Source of the DNA: an uncultured Alphaproteobacteria bacterium
GTDB taxonomy: Bacteria; Pseudomonadota; Alphaproteobacteria; Bin95
DNA: 64,000 bases
Reading direction: 5' to 3'
NCBI GenBank assembly: GCA_938083135.1
Contig: CALLKY010000002.1
Location: forward strand, 16,097 to 80,096
Position 1 is the stretch's first letter, and every line of letters starts with the position of its first letter. Shown piece after piece: positions 29,407 through 39,598 of this stretch. The notes beneath the pieces were generated by a model. That model was given only the letters and a program-made list of their open reading frames with translations, did no database searches and was not told where the DNA came from. The position numbers were made by a program, and so were the translations under genes.

Positions 29407-30645
29407 ATGAAACGATTTGGCCTGACATTTGGCGCGCGCGCTGACAAAAGCGCCCCAGCGATTGCGTTGCCTGACGACTTGCTAGCGCAATCCTGCGCCG
29501 CGTGCGCGCGCCAGGATGCAGCGGCTTTGGTCGTTGATGGCTTGCGGCATGAATATGGCGATCAGGGTGCGACACTCCAGGATGTATCGCTTTGCCTGCA
29601 TCCAGGTGAAATCGTTGCACTTGTTGGACCATCTGGCTGCGGTAAGACAACAACCCTCCGCTTGATCGCAGGACTTGAGCGCCTGCAGGAAGGCGCGCTT
29701 CGAATTGGCGGCTTGATGGCAGCCGCACCTGGGCTGCATGTCCCAGCGGAAAACCGGAATATCGGCATGATGTTCCAGGATTATGCGCTCTTTCCCCACC
29801 TGACGGTCGCAGAGAACGTGGCATTCGGGCTTGGTCGCCTTGATAGCACCCAACGTCGCGAACAGGCGCTTGAAGCGCTGGCTGATGTTGGCTTGGCGGA
29901 ATTCGCAGACCGATACCCGACGACGATGTCCGGCGGGCAACAACAACGGGTCGCCCTTGCGCGTGCGCTCGCACCTCGCCCCAACGTTGTTTTGCTTGAC
30001 GAACCGTTTTCCGGGCTCGATGCAGAACTCCGGCGCAGTGTTCGCAGTGACGCAATTCATCTGCTCAAAGCTGCCGGCGCTGCTGCCCTGATGGTAACCC
30101 ATGATCCTGAAGAAGCCTTGTTTATGGCGGAACGGATCGCCGTTATGCGTGATGGCCGGATTGAACAGTGCGACACGCCAAAAGCGCTCTATGACCATCC
30201 GGCTTCGCCTTATGTCGCGCGCTTCTTCAGCGAAGTGAACGAGTTTGCAGGCACTGTGCGTGCCAATTTGATCCGCACCCCCATGGGCCTTGTTGAAGCA
30301 CCAGGTATGGCAGATGGCGCGCAAGCGCTCGTTATGGCGCGGCCCGAGCATATTCTGGTTGGCGAAGCCGCTTTGGAAACTGGCGCGTCATTCGCAGGCA
30401 ATGTCAGCTTCGCGCGCTGGCTTGGTCGTACTGCGCTCATCGAAGTTCGTTTAGAAACCGGTGAGGCTGTATTCGCTAGGATATCTGACAAGAATTGGCC
30501 AGATGAGGGGGAGGCCGTCGAGGTCGCCCTTGATCCTGAACATGTCCATGTTTTTGCCGGTGACCGTGACGCGGCACCAGTAATCGCAGATATAGCGAAG
30601 CGCGACAGAGCTAATACGTCGGAAAGTCTCGCGTTCTCCGGCTGA
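29407..30645 (+). CDS. ABC transporter ATP-binding protein (FbpC/SfuC/PotA-like, TOBE domain)
   Basis: Walker A GPSGCGKT, FQDYALFPH, MSGGQQQR, LLDEPF, VTHD; upstream Fur box suggests Fe(III) uptake. Confidence 0.9.
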   Translation: MKRFGLTFGARADKSAPAIALPDDLLAQSCAACARQDAAALVVDGLRHEYGDQGATLQDVSLCLHPGEIVALVGPSGCGKTTTLRLIAGLERLQEGALRIGGLMAAAPGLHVPAENRNIGMMFQDYALFPHLTVAENVAFGLGRLDSTQRREQALEALADVGLAEFADRYPTTMSGGQQQRVALARALAPRPNVVLLDEPFSGLDAELRRSVRSDAIHLLKAAGAAALMVTHDPEEALFMAERIAVMRDGRIEQCDTPKALYDHPASPYVARFFSEVNEFAGTVRANLIRTPMGLVEAPGMADGAQALVMARPEHILVGEAALETGASFAGNVSFARWLGRTALIEVRLETGEAVFARISDKNWPDEGEAVEVALDPEHVHVFAGDRDAAPVIADIAKRDRANTSESLAFSG

Positions 30646-30708
30646 CTGCGCTAGGACACTCTGCAATGGAGCGACCTCTGCGTCGCGCACAGTTGAAAGG
30701 GCTTGGTT

Positions 30709-30927
30709 ATGGGCGGAATTGGGATTTGGCAAATTGCCATTGTTGTCGTCGTTGTCATTCTCCTTTTTGGCGCGGGCCGGTTGCCGCGACTGATGGGTGA
30801 CATGGCCAAAGGCATTAAAAGCTTCAAACAAGGCATGAAGGAGGAACTCAACACCTCCGACGATGAAGAGGACCTGGCACGGGTCTCTGATAAGCCGAAA
30901 GAAAAAGACAAAGCGGCGAATAGCTGA
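30709..30927 (+). CDS. tatA: Twin-arginine translocase TatA
   Basis: TM helix ending LLFG then amphipathic [17 protein letters not shown]; heads tatABC. Confidence 0.95.
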   Translation: MGGIGIWQIAIVVVVVILLFGAGRLPRLMGDMAKGIKSFKQGMKEELNTSDDEEDLARVSDKPKEKDKAANS

Positions 30928-30975
30928 GTCTGACTTTCACACACATATTTCCCCTGATTTAGGCGCAAGCCCTCC

Positions 30976-31401
30976 ATGCTGGATATCGGTTGGAGCGAAT
31001 TTTTCGTTATTGGCGTGATCGCGCTGGTCGTTATTGGCCCGCGTGAGCTGCCGGCTGCATTGCGTTCGCTTGGCCAAATTATTTCGCGCGCCCGGAGCCT
31101 CGCCCAAGATTTCCGCGATGGGCTTGATGACATTGCCCGCGAAACGGAAGTCAAAAACATCACCAACAATATGCTCGGCGACTTAGATGATAAGTCCGAC
31201 GATGAATGGTTAGAGGTAGTCAATGCTGGCAAGCTAGAGAAAACGCAGACGCCGATTGATAGCGACGAAGCCAAAGCGGTTGAGAGCGATGCATCAGCAG
31301 AGCCCCCAATAAATGACCTCGATGAGGAAGCGTTCGATGCGGCAGATGCTGCAGAGGTTGAGCTGGCTGCTGAGAAGAAGCCAAAGGATGCTCAATCATG
31401 A
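30976..31401 (+). CDS. tatB: Twin-arginine translocase TatB
   Basis: MLDIGWSE...VIGPRELP. Confidence 0.95.
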   Translation: MLDIGWSEFFVIGVIALVVIGPRELPAALRSLGQIISRARSLAQDFRDGLDDIARETEVKNITNNMLGDLDDKSDDEWLEVVNAGKLEKTQTPIDSDEAKAVESDASAEPPINDLDEEAFDAADAAEVELAAEKKPKDAQS

Positions 31402-32198
31402 GCGGGGCTGAAAGCGAAGATAAGGCACCACTCCTAGAGCACCTCATTGAGCTGCGCCGTCGGCTGCTCTGGTCACTCGCCGCACTCCTCATTGCTTTTC
31501 TAGGTAGTTGGGCCGTAGCGGCTGAAATATTTAACTTTTTGGCGCAACCACTTGCCGATGCGTTTGGGGATCAAGAAGGCGCGCAGCTGATCTACACGAG
31601 CTTGCCTGAAAAATTCTTTGTTAACATTAAGATTGCGTTCTATACCGCTCTTTTTATTGCATTTCCAATCATTGCCAACCAGATTTGGAAGTTCGTGGCA
31701 CCCGGTCTTTATAAGAACGAGAGAGGTGCGTTCCTCCCATATCTGGCCGCCACGCCAATCTTATTTTTCCTAGGTGGTGCAGTTGTTTATTTTGGTATTT
31801 TTCCGTTGGCTTGGAAGTTCTTCCTTGGCTACCAGAATGTTGCGGGCGACCCGAATGCCGCTGGTGTGGTTATTGAGACTGTGGCAATGCCAAAGGTCTC
31901 TGAATATCTCAGCCTGGTTATCACGCTCATCTTCGCGTTCGGGCTGTTCTTTCAAATGCCAGTCGTTCTGACGCTGCTGGCCCATGCCGGTATCGTCTCG
32001 GCCGATGGACTGGCGAAGAAGCGTAAATACGCCGTCGTCGCCATGTTTGGCCTTGCAGCGGTTTTAACCCCGCCGGACGTAATCAGCCAGATTGGCTTGG
32101 CCGTACCGGGTCTGCTGCTCTACGAAATATCGATCTTATTGGCGCGGCGAATAGAGCGGAAACGTGAATCCTATTTCGACGATGACGACGATGACTGA
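31398..32198 (+). CDS. tatC: Twin-arginine translocase TatC
   Basis: HLIELRRR, FVAPGLY, FQMP, TPPDVISQ, LYE. Confidence 0.96.
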   Translation: MSGAESEDKAPLLEHLIELRRRLLWSLAALLIAFLGSWAVAAEIFNFLAQPLADAFGDQEGAQLIYTSLPEKFFVNIKIAFYTALFIAFPIIANQIWKFVAPGLYKNERGAFLPYLAATPILFFLGGAVVYFGIFPLAWKFFLGYQNVAGDPNAAGVVIETVAMPKVSEYLSLVITLIFAFGLFFQMPVVLTLLAHAGIVSADGLAKKRKYAVVAMFGLAAVLTPPDVISQIGLAVPGLLLYEISILLARRIERKRESYFDDDDDD

Positions 32199-32299
32199 GG
32201 CGATTGATTCCGTTAATGAATCCCTAGGAATCGCTTAGCACTGGACAGGGGAGTCCACGGGCGGTTAGAACCGGCGCGAACCCTTGAAGGATCGCAAAG

Positions 32300-33577
32300 A
32301 TGCTGGATGTCCGCTGGGCGCGTGAACACCCGGACGCGCTAGACGCTGCCATGACGAAACGTGGCGCGGAAGCTGTGTCCGCGGCTGTGCTGGCGTTGGA
32401 CACCAAGCGCCGGTCCGCCCAAACCCGTTTTCAGGAATTACAGAGCGCGCGCCGGGATGCCTCTAAGGCCATCGGTCAGGCGAAAGCCAAGGGCGAGGAT
32501 GCCAGCGCGGCCATGGCAGCCGTCGCAAAACTCAAAGATGATGCTGCGGCTACTGAGGCTGAGGCCAAGCAAGCGTCTGACGCGCTTGATGCGCTGCTCG
32601 CCACTTTGCCGAACCCGCCAGCCGATGATGTCCCGCCCGGTGCAAATGAAGACGATAACGTTTTTGTCCGGGAAAATGGCACGCCGCGTGCGTTCGCGTT
32701 TGAACCGAAGAGCCATATTGACCTTGGTGAGCCACTTGGCCTTGATTTTGAAGCGGGCGTGAAGCTTTCAGGCGCGCGGTTCGCTGCCATGCGTGGCCAA
32801 ATCGCCCGGCTGGAACGTGCGCTCGCGCATTTCATGCTGGATTTGCATGTCCAAGAACATGGCTATGCTGAAGTCCGCCCACCTATCTTGGTGCGGAGCG
32901 AGGCCATGTATGGCACGGGCCAGCTTCCAAAGTTTGAAGAAGACTCGTTTCAAACAACCGATGGCCGCTGGTTGATCCCAACAGCCGAAGTGCCGCTGAC
33001 CAATTTGGCAGCCGACACCAGCTTCGAGCCTGCTGACCTACCGCTGCGCTACGTGGCGCACACGCCGTGCTTCCGCTCCGAAGCGGGCGCAGCGGGTAAG
33101 GACACGCGCGGCCTCATTCGCATGCATCAGTTCGATAAGGTTGAGATGGTGAGCATTGTCAGTGCTGATCAATCGGAAGCTGAATTGGAACGGATGACGG
33201 CTGCTGCTGAAACAGTCCTGCAACGCCTTGAATTACCGTATCGCGTTCTTCTGCTGTGCGCTGGTGATATGGGTTTCGGTGCCCGCAAAACCTATGACCT
33301 AGAGGTATGGGTGCCCTTCCAGAACAAGTACCGCGAGATTTCCAGCTGCTCCACATGCGGTGACTTCCAAGCCCGCCGGATGGGCGCGCGTGTGCGCCGG
33401 ACAGAAGGGAAGGGTACAGATTTCGTTCATACCTTGAATGGCTCCGGTGTTGCCGTTGGCCGGGCGATGGTGGCGCTTTTGGAAAACCATCAGCGCGAAG
33501 ATGGCTCCATTGGCATACCAGCCGCATTGCAGCCCTATCTTGGCGGTATGACTGAGCTGACCTCGGGGCAGGGCTGA
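32300..33577 (+). CDS. serS: Serine--tRNA ligase
   Basis: [36 protein letters not shown]. Confidence 0.97.
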   Translation: MLDVRWAREHPDALDAAMTKRGAEAVSAAVLALDTKRRSAQTRFQELQSARRDASKAIGQAKAKGEDASAAMAAVAKLKDDAAATEAEAKQASDALDALLATLPNPPADDVPPGANEDDNVFVRENGTPRAFAFEPKSHIDLGEPLGLDFEAGVKLSGARFAAMRGQIARLERALAHFMLDLHVQEHGYAEVRPPILVRSEAMYGTGQLPKFEEDSFQTTDGRWLIPTAEVPLTNLAADTSFEPADLPLRYVAHTPCFRSEAGAAGKDTRGLIRMHQFDKVEMVSIVSADQSEAELERMTAAAETVLQRLELPYRVLLLCAGDMGFGARKTYDLEVWVPFQNKYREISSCSTCGDFQARRMGARVRRTEGKGTDFVHTLNGSGVAVGRAMVALLENHQREDGSIGIPAALQPYLGGMTELTSGQG

Positions 33578-33581
33578 GATT

Positions 33582-34373
33582 ATGGCGAGATCACACGAAT
33601 GGCAGGTCGATCTCAGCAAAGCGCGCGTGTTGTTGGTCAATGATGATGGCCTTGAAGCACCCGGATTGAAGCTGCTTGAAAAGCTGGTGACGCCGCTCGC
33701 CCGTGAAGTGTGGGTGGTGGCACCGGAACGTGAGGAAAGCGGCACGGGCCACGCGTTTTCGCTGCACAGACCACTTCGGCTGCGCCAGGCCAGTGAACGC
33801 CGCTTTGCCGTTGATGGCATGCCAGCGGATGCCGCGATTATCGGGCTCGGTGAGGTCATGCGGGATAATCCGCCTGACATCGTGTTATCCGGTGTTAATC
33901 GCGGTGCCAATATTGGCGATGATGTTATGTATTCGGGCACTGTCGGCGCTGCCGCAGAAGCCGCGATGTCCGGGTTTCCAGCTATATCGATGAGCCTAGA
34001 CCGTGCGCCAGAGAATGAAGCAAAGTGGGATACCGTTGAGCGGCATTTGGCCGATACGCTGCACTGGGTCCTGGCAGCGCCTTGGCCGCTTGGCATGGTG
34101 CTGAATGTGAACTTTCCAGACGTTGGTCCAGATGCCGTTAAAGGCCGGAAAGTCGCGACGGTTGGGCGACGGAAGCCCGGTGGTGAGATTGCCAAAGGCC
34201 TGGACCCGGCAGGCAAGCCTTATCTCTGGATCAGTTCCAAACGCATATATGGCGATGTGTCTGCGGACTCAGACATTCAGGCGACCCGTGATGGCTATAT
34301 CTCCATGAGCCCTCTCACTCTGGATATGACGGATTACGGCCATATCGCCGCCGCCCGGGAGAAGCTCGGTTGA
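33582..34373 (+). CDS. surE: 5'/3'-nucleotidase SurE
   Basis: LVNDDG, SGVNRGAN, YSGTV; synteny. Confidence 0.95.
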   Translation: MARSHEWQVDLSKARVLLVNDDGLEAPGLKLLEKLVTPLAREVWVVAPEREESGTGHAFSLHRPLRLRQASERRFAVDGMPADAAIIGLGEVMRDNPPDIVLSGVNRGANIGDDVMYSGTVGAAAEAAMSGFPAISMSLDRAPENEAKWDTVERHLADTLHWVLAAPWPLGMVLNVNFPDVGPDAVKGRKVATVGRRKPGGEIAKGLDPAGKPYLWISSKRIYGDVSADSDIQATRDGYISMSPLTLDMTDYGHIAAAREKLG

Positions 34374-35053
34374 ACCTATCATCGCGCCGCATTCGCATGG
34401 TTATGGGGCTCCGCCGCGCTGGCGTGAACGACCCGCGCGTACTTGGCGTGATGGAGCAGATTGAGCGCGAGCGGTTTATCCCGCCCGCGTGGCAGATGGA
34501 TGCCTATGAGGATGCGCCACTGCCTATTGGGCATGGTCAAACCATTAGCCAACCTGCCGTTGTCGGCAAAATGTTGCAGGCGTTGGAAGCTGGCCCCCGA
34601 ATGCGAGTGTTAGAAATTGGCGTTGGCTCTGGCTATCAAACGGCAGCTCTGGCTAGGTTGGTGCGCGCTGTATTTGGCATTGAGCGGATTAAGGCGCTGC
34701 TGTCCGATGCTAAGCTTCGCCTGGAAGAGCAAAAGATCGACAACGTATTCTTACGCTGGGCGGATGGCGGCAAAGGCTGGCCGGAAGGTGCGCCGTTTGA
34801 CCGGATTATTGCCGCCGCCGCTGCAGATGACATGCCAGGTGCTTTGGCCGATCAGTTAAAGCCGGGCGGGATTATGGTCCTGCCGCTTGGCGCAGCCGGA
34901 AACCAGAGCTTATGGCGCATTCGGCGCGATGATGCGGGTTTTCAAACGGAAGATCTGGGTGCGGTCGCATTCGTGCCATTTTTACCAGGCGCTATTGAGG
35001 CAAACCACGTGGCGGAGACGTCGCGCTACCGACCTGCGCAAGGAGCGGCTTGA
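34370..35053 (+). CDS. pcm: Protein-L-isoaspartate O-methyltransferase
   Basis: AYED.PLPIGHGQTISQP, LEIGVGSGYQ, APFDRI; follows surE. Confidence 0.95.
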   Translation: MNLSSRRIRMVMGLRRAGVNDPRVLGVMEQIERERFIPPAWQMDAYEDAPLPIGHGQTISQPAVVGKMLQALEAGPRMRVLEIGVGSGYQTAALARLVRAVFGIERIKALLSDAKLRLEEQKIDNVFLRWADGGKGWPEGAPFDRIIAAAAADDMPGALADQLKPGGIMVLPLGAAGNQSLWRIRRDDAGFQTEDLGAVAFVPFLPGAIEANHVAETSRYRPAQGAA

Positions 35054-36315
35054 TGAACTTGACGCCACTGAGCAAATTTCGCCCGATCACCATGCACACC
35101 GCGACAGCGCTGGTGCTATCATTGCTTCTGAGCGGATGTGGCTGGGTTTCTGTTGATCCAGATAAGTCTGCGTCAGCGCCTCCACCGCCTGGAACTGGCG
35201 TGAATGCAGGGCCGGTTGTAAGCGCAGTGCCAGGCGGTCGATCAGTCCTCGTGCAGGCGGGCGATTCCGTTTATGGCATCGCCAATCGTTATGGCGCGAC
35301 GCCCAGGCAGATGATTGCCTTAAATAACCTCCGTCCACCGTTTGAAATTCAAGCTGGCCAACGTTTGCTGCTGCCACCTGAACAACAGCTTTACACCGTC
35401 CGTCCTGGCGATACGGTGAACGGCTTGGCCGCTGCCTACAATACAGACCCGGAGGCATTGGCCCGTCTAAACCACCTGCCGCCGCCGTATGTTCTGCATG
35501 CTGGCTCGCAGGTTGGCATTCCAATAGCGCGCGCGCCACGTGCAGTTGTGGCCGCACGACCGGCGGCACCGCCACCTGTTCGGCGCCAACTGCTTGATGC
35601 GCCGGCGCAGCGCCAAGAATTGCCAGCGCCCGTGAAGGTCATGCCGCCAAAACCACTGCCCCAAGCGCGAAGTGCTGCGCCTCCACGCATACCACCACCA
35701 CCACCGGCAAGAGTGGCTGCTGCGCCACCACCACCTGTTGCCACGCCACCACAACCGGTGGAGCCGCGCGCGAACCCATCCCGATTACCACCGAAGCGCC
35801 CGCCTGAGCTTGCTGCTGCGCCACCACCCCCGAAACCGCCCGTGTCAAAGCCAGCACCTGCACGCATTCAACCGACTGAGCCGCGCCGGCCACCGCCCGT
35901 TCAACGTGGTCTTGCTGCTGCGAAGCCAGGATCATCAGGTGGTTTCTTGGCGCCCGTAGAAGGCCCAGTGATCGCCAAGTTTGGCAAGCAGGCGGACGGG
36001 CGCCGGAACGATGGCGTCAATATCGCAGCAGCGCGCGGGACGCCTGTACGTGCATCCAGGGCAGGTGAGGTCGTGTATGCGGGGGACGCATTGCAGGGCT
36101 ACGGGAAGTTATTGCTCGTTAAACACGCAGGCGGCTGGGTAACAGCCTATGCGCATCTCGACCGGATATTGGCCCAGCGCGGCGATAAGGTCGCGCGCGG
36201 CCAGACGGTAGGTGTGGTCGGTACAAGCGGCGGCGTGTCGGCCCCTCAGCTGCACTTCGAAATGCGCAAAGATAACAAGCCCGTCAATCCATCGGGCAAG
36301 CTGGCGGCTCGCTGA
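35053..36315 (+). CDS. nlpD: LysM-M23 lipoprotein (NlpD/DipM-like) with Pro-rich linker
   Basis: Lipobox LLSGC, two LysM domains, M23 domain with degenerate NDGVN and YAH/LHFE; start uncertain (35050-35092). Confidence 0.85.
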   Translation: MNLTPLSKFRPITMHTATALVLSLLLSGCGWVSVDPDKSASAPPPPGTGVNAGPVVSAVPGGRSVLVQAGDSVYGIANRYGATPRQMIALNNLRPPFEIQAGQRLLLPPEQQLYTVRPGDTVNGLAAAYNTDPEALARLNHLPPPYVLHAGSQVGIPIARAPRAVVAARPAAPPPVRRQLLDAPAQRQELPAPVKVMPPKPLPQARSAAPPRIPPPPPARVAAAPPPPVATPPQPVEPRANPSRLPPKRPPELAAAPPPPKPPVSKPAPARIQPTEPRRPPPVQRGLAAAKPGSSGGFLAPVEGPVIAKFGKQADGRRNDGVNIAAARGTPVRASRAGEVVYAGDALQGYGKLLLVKHAGGWVTAYAHLDRILAQRGDKVARGQTVGVVGTSGGVSAPQLHFEMRKDNKPVNPSGKLAAR

Positions 36316-36320
36316 TTAGC

Positions 36321-36914
36321 CTAACCTGGCGGCAGCATCCAGATCGCCAATAGCGCAGATGCGCCGGACTGCATGGCGTGGATGATGTTCGGCGGATTAT
36401 AGACCAGTCCACCAATGCCAGGCTCCCGCCAAGGCCCTGCTTCTTGCCGCCAATGTCCGGGCGTAAGCGCGATATAAACTTCTTCGGGCGGGTGTTGGTG
36501 GTTTGGGTAGAACGTGTTGGGGGCCAGCAAGCTAGCGCCCATACGCAGATCCTGCCGGGCTTCAAGGCCGCCATCGCCGATGATCATACCTGTCGCGTGG
36601 GCATTCGGGAAATTGGGGTCGCCCGTTTTTCGGTCCGCCCGGGCGCTCCAGGCAATCTCTGGCTCTAAGGCCCGAAAGGCTGTCGCTAGTGCTTTGACAG
36701 ACCGAACATTCCGCGCTGTATCCAGCACCGGTTGAATATGTGTGCAGGCAGGGTTTTCAGTTCGTAGGCGCGGGGTTTGAGGCCCAGGCTCGGTGAGTGC
36801 GGCAAACGTTTTCTTTGTGACCCTGGCGTGGTCCGAGCCAGCATCGCTGACATCCAGGATCGTTGTTTCCAGTACATCTAAGAATGCCTGTAAGGTCGGG
36901 GACCGCTCTGCCAT
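36321..36914 (-). CDS. DMSP lyase family cupin (DddQ-like)
   Basis: YPNHQHPPEEVY and HAM cupin metal motifs; SD AGGAGG. Confidence 0.78.
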   Translation of the reverse strand: MAERSPTLQAFLDVLETTILDVSDAGSDHARVTKKTFAALTEPGPQTPRLRTENPACTHIQPVLDTARNVRSVKALATAFRALEPEIAWSARADRKTGDPNFPNAHATGMIIGDGGLEARQDLRMGASLLAPNTFYPNHQHPPEEVYIALTPGHWRQEAGPWREPGIGGLVYNPPNIIHAMQSGASALLAIWMLPPG

Positions 36915-37035
36915 TGCTCGCCTCCTTTGGTCGATGATGCTCTACAGAATGGCAGACTTCGCGGCATCGGGCCACGGGACTTAAGGTATGTGTGCCGGTA
37001 TACTCAGCGTTCAGCGCGTCGCAATGGAATAAGAT

Positions 37036-37725
37036 ATGATGGATTTTGATACACTGGTGCACGAACGCCGCAGCATCCGCGGCTACAAGCAGAAGCCAGT
37101 CCCGAAGGAAGTGATTGCGGAGATCATTGGCTTGGCCAAAGGCGCGCCATCCTCGATGAATACCCAACCCTGGCATTTTCACGTGATTTCGGGTGAGCCG
37201 TTGGATCGCATCCGTGCGGGAAATACGGAACGGAACTTGGCTGGTGTTCCGGCGTCTCGCGAAATTCCGATGCATGGGGCCTATGAAGGCATTCATCGCC
37301 AACGGCAGGTCGATATAGCGAAGCAATTGTTCGCTGCCATGGGCATTGATCGCTACGACAAAGAGCGCCGCCACGACTGGGTAATGCGCGGTTTCCGCCA
37401 GTTCGATGCCCCCGTTTCCATTGTCGTGACCTATGACAAAGACTTGGACCCAGGTGCCTCCATCGCACATTTTGATCTGGGCGCGGTCACCTATGGCTTG
37501 GTCCTGGCGGCATGGACGCGCGGGCTGGGCGCTGTGATTAACGGCCAGGGCATCATGCAGTCCCCAGTCGTGCGCGAACATGCAAAAATACCGGATGATC
37601 AGGTGATCATGACCTGTGTCGCCATGGGCTATCCGGAAGAGGATTTCGCAGCGAATAACGTTAAGTCCGTCCGCCGCGAGACTGATGAAATCGTTACGTT
37701 TGTTGGTTTTGACGAGGACGCATAA
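37036..37725 (+). CDS. Nitroreductase family protein
   Basis: RRSIRGY, APSSMNTQPW, FDAP, AMGYP. Confidence 0.92.
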   Translation: MMDFDTLVHERRSIRGYKQKPVPKEVIAEIIGLAKGAPSSMNTQPWHFHVISGEPLDRIRAGNTERNLAGVPASREIPMHGAYEGIHRQRQVDIAKQLFAAMGIDRYDKERRHDWVMRGFRQFDAPVSIVVTYDKDLDPGASIAHFDLGAVTYGLVLAAWTRGLGAVINGQGIMQSPVVREHAKIPDDQVIMTCVAMGYPEEDFAANNVKSVRRETDEIVTFVGFDEDA

Positions 37726-38788
37726 CGGCTTCAGCAAAGTCATTGAAGTTTGATCGCATGCATGCGATTGGCGGCAGTAGGGTGACTTCTTTCAGTCCCG
37801 CTGCCTCCAACTGATCCAGCCGCTCATTGATCTCGTCAGGCTCGCCGACGAGGCCGCCAGCGACACGGATCAGGTCCGGCGTGATGAACCGGCGTTCCTC
37901 TGGCGGACAGAAGGCGCAATGGCCCCGATGCAGCATCTGATTGCGCCGTTCGGGTGGCATCGTCTGCTCGACATAGGTCTTGTAGTCCTCCCAGGTGCCG
38001 CGCACGCGGTCTGAGACGAACTTGTCGTGGCCGCGCTCCTGATAGAGCTCAAACCAGTAGTGCAGTGTCGAGACCACGGCAGCGTCGACTTCATCAATCA
38101 CGCGCTCACTGGTTAAGCTCTCACCGTGCTTCAAAACGCAGGCGAAGGTGAGGGCGGCTGTGTGGAAATCCTCCGGCCAGGGGCGTTCGACTTCAGCGGC
38201 ACCAGTGCGGGCTGTTTCTATATTCCGCGCGAGAACGCCTAGCGGTTCGTTCCCTGCACATATCCGTCCGTCGCCATAGGCACCTGCAGCTCTCAGGGCT
38301 TTCGGTCCATTGGCACCGACATAGATCGGGACCGGATTTTCCAGATTGAGGCTATCTAGCTCCCGGTCGAGAAATCGGATCAGACTCTTGTCGCCACCTG
38401 TCTCATAGGCGACTTCCTCACCGTGTAGCAGCCCGCGCACGACGCGGAGATAGTCCCGGAACGCCGCAGCCCTCATTGGCCGCCCGCCCATAATCCGCAT
38501 GGCGGTATGGCCGGTGCCGATACCCAGGAACGTGCGTCCTGGTGCCAGTTTATTGATAGAGGCGATGGAATGCGCCGTCACCGGTGCCGTGCGTGTCCCA
38601 GCGATGGCGACGCCTGTGCCTAGCCGAATACGGGACGTGTGATGTGCTGAAAGCGCCAGCGTCGCGTAGCAATCGGACCAGATCATCTGGCTATCAGGCG
38701 CCCAGCCATGATCGTAACCGAGCGTTTCGAGTTCCTGGAATATCTGCCAGTCGCCGATATTGGTCGCGACCATGCCGCCGAATTTCAT
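37694..38788 (-). CDS. Luciferase-like (LLM) flavin-dependent oxidoreductase
   Basis: GYDHGWAPDS, RIRLGTGV, FLGIGTG, PIYVGANGPK. Confidence 0.9.
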   Translation of the reverse strand: MKFGGMVATNIGDWQIFQELETLGYDHGWAPDSQMIWSDCYATLALSAHHTSRIRLGTGVAIAGTRTAPVTAHSIASINKLAPGRTFLGIGTGHTAMRIMGGRPMRAAAFRDYLRVVRGLLHGEEVAYETGGDKSLIRFLDRELDSLNLENPVPIYVGANGPKALRAAGAYGDGRICAGNEPLGVLARNIETARTGAAEVERPWPEDFHTAALTFACVLKHGESLTSERVIDEVDAAVVSTLHYWFELYQERGHDKFVSDRVRGTWEDYKTYVEQTMPPERRNQMLHRGHCAFCPPEERRFITPDLIRVAGGLVGEPDEINERLDQLEAAGLKEVTLLPPIACMRSNFNDFAEAVMRPRQNQQT

Positions 38789-38809
38789 GGGGTCGTATCC
38801 TTAGAAGCT

Positions 38810-39598
38810 TTAGAAACCGCCGAACTTACCGGGGCGCTTTTCCTTGAACGCCGCAATTGCCTCAGCATGGTCTGGCCCAGAACGGGCAATGGCGATGTGG
38901 GAACTGACAAGATCAAAGGCCGTATCCATGTCGGACTTAAGGCTCTGGTCTACGGTGCGCTTGATCAGGCGGATCGAAAGCGGGGGCATAGCGGCGATGC
39001 GCTTGGCGAGTTTGATGGTCTCCGCCAGGAGCTGATCATCGGGATATACATGATTGACAAGGCCAATCTCCAGCGCCGTCGCACCATCAATGAAGTCTGC
39101 CGTCCACAAAAGCTCCAATGCCCTTGCACGCCCAACAAGCCTTGGTAGGAAATACGCGCCGCCACCGCCGGGCAGGAGGCCAATCTTGGCATAAGTTTCC
39201 GCGAACTTTGCACTTTCGCCGGCAATGCGGATGTCGCAAGCCAACGCCAAGTCCATGCCGCCGCCGACTGCTGCACCGTTCACGGCGGCCAGTATTGGTT
39301 TTTCGAACCGTGCCAAGCGCTTTGGAAAGGCCTGAATTTCTTGCCAGATGCGGTCTTTGGTGATGTGTGGGCGGACGTCATGGCCTTCACCCATGCCGCC
39401 AATATCGCCACCGCTACAGAATCCGCGCCCGGTACCTGTTAGTACGACGACAGCAACGTCACCCCGTGTTTCGCAATCATCCAGCGCCGCGATTAGGCCT
39501 TTCAGCATGTCGCCTGTGAAAGCGTTTAGTTTCTCTGGCCGGTTCAGCGTGAGCGTTGCGACGCCATCTTGAACGTCAATCAGCACTTGATCAGTCAT
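38810..39598 (-). CDS. Enoyl-CoA hydratase/isomerase family protein
   Basis: LNRPEKLNA, FCSGGD, AVNGAAVGGG, AFKEKR. Confidence 0.92.
   Translation of the reverse strand: MTDQVLIDVQDGVATLTLNRPEKLNAFTGDMLKGLIAALDDCETRGDVAVVVLTGTGRGFCSGGDIGGMGEGHDVRPHITKDRIWQEIQAFPKRLARFEKPILAAVNGAAVGGGMDLALACDIRIAGESAKFAETYAKIGLLPGGGGAYFLPRLVGRARALELLWTADFIDGATALEIGLVNHVYPDDQLLAETIKLAKRIAAMPPLSIRLIKRTVDQSLKSDMDTAFDLVSSHIAIARSGPDHAEAIAAFKEKRPGKFGGF

Noticed and set aside
29030..30351. 341-aa and 289-aa antisense ORFs
   Set aside because: Overlap well-supported hydratase and ABC ATPase genes; no recognisable domain.
33299..34216. 305-aa antisense ORF
   Set aside because: Opposite serS and surE; Ser/Pro/Ala-rich off-frame composition.
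35560..35900. CCA/CCG-rich low-complexity tract
   Set aside because: Encodes the Pro-rich linker of the NlpD-like protein.
36757..37743. 328-aa antisense ORF
   Set aside because: Shadow of the nitroreductase gene.
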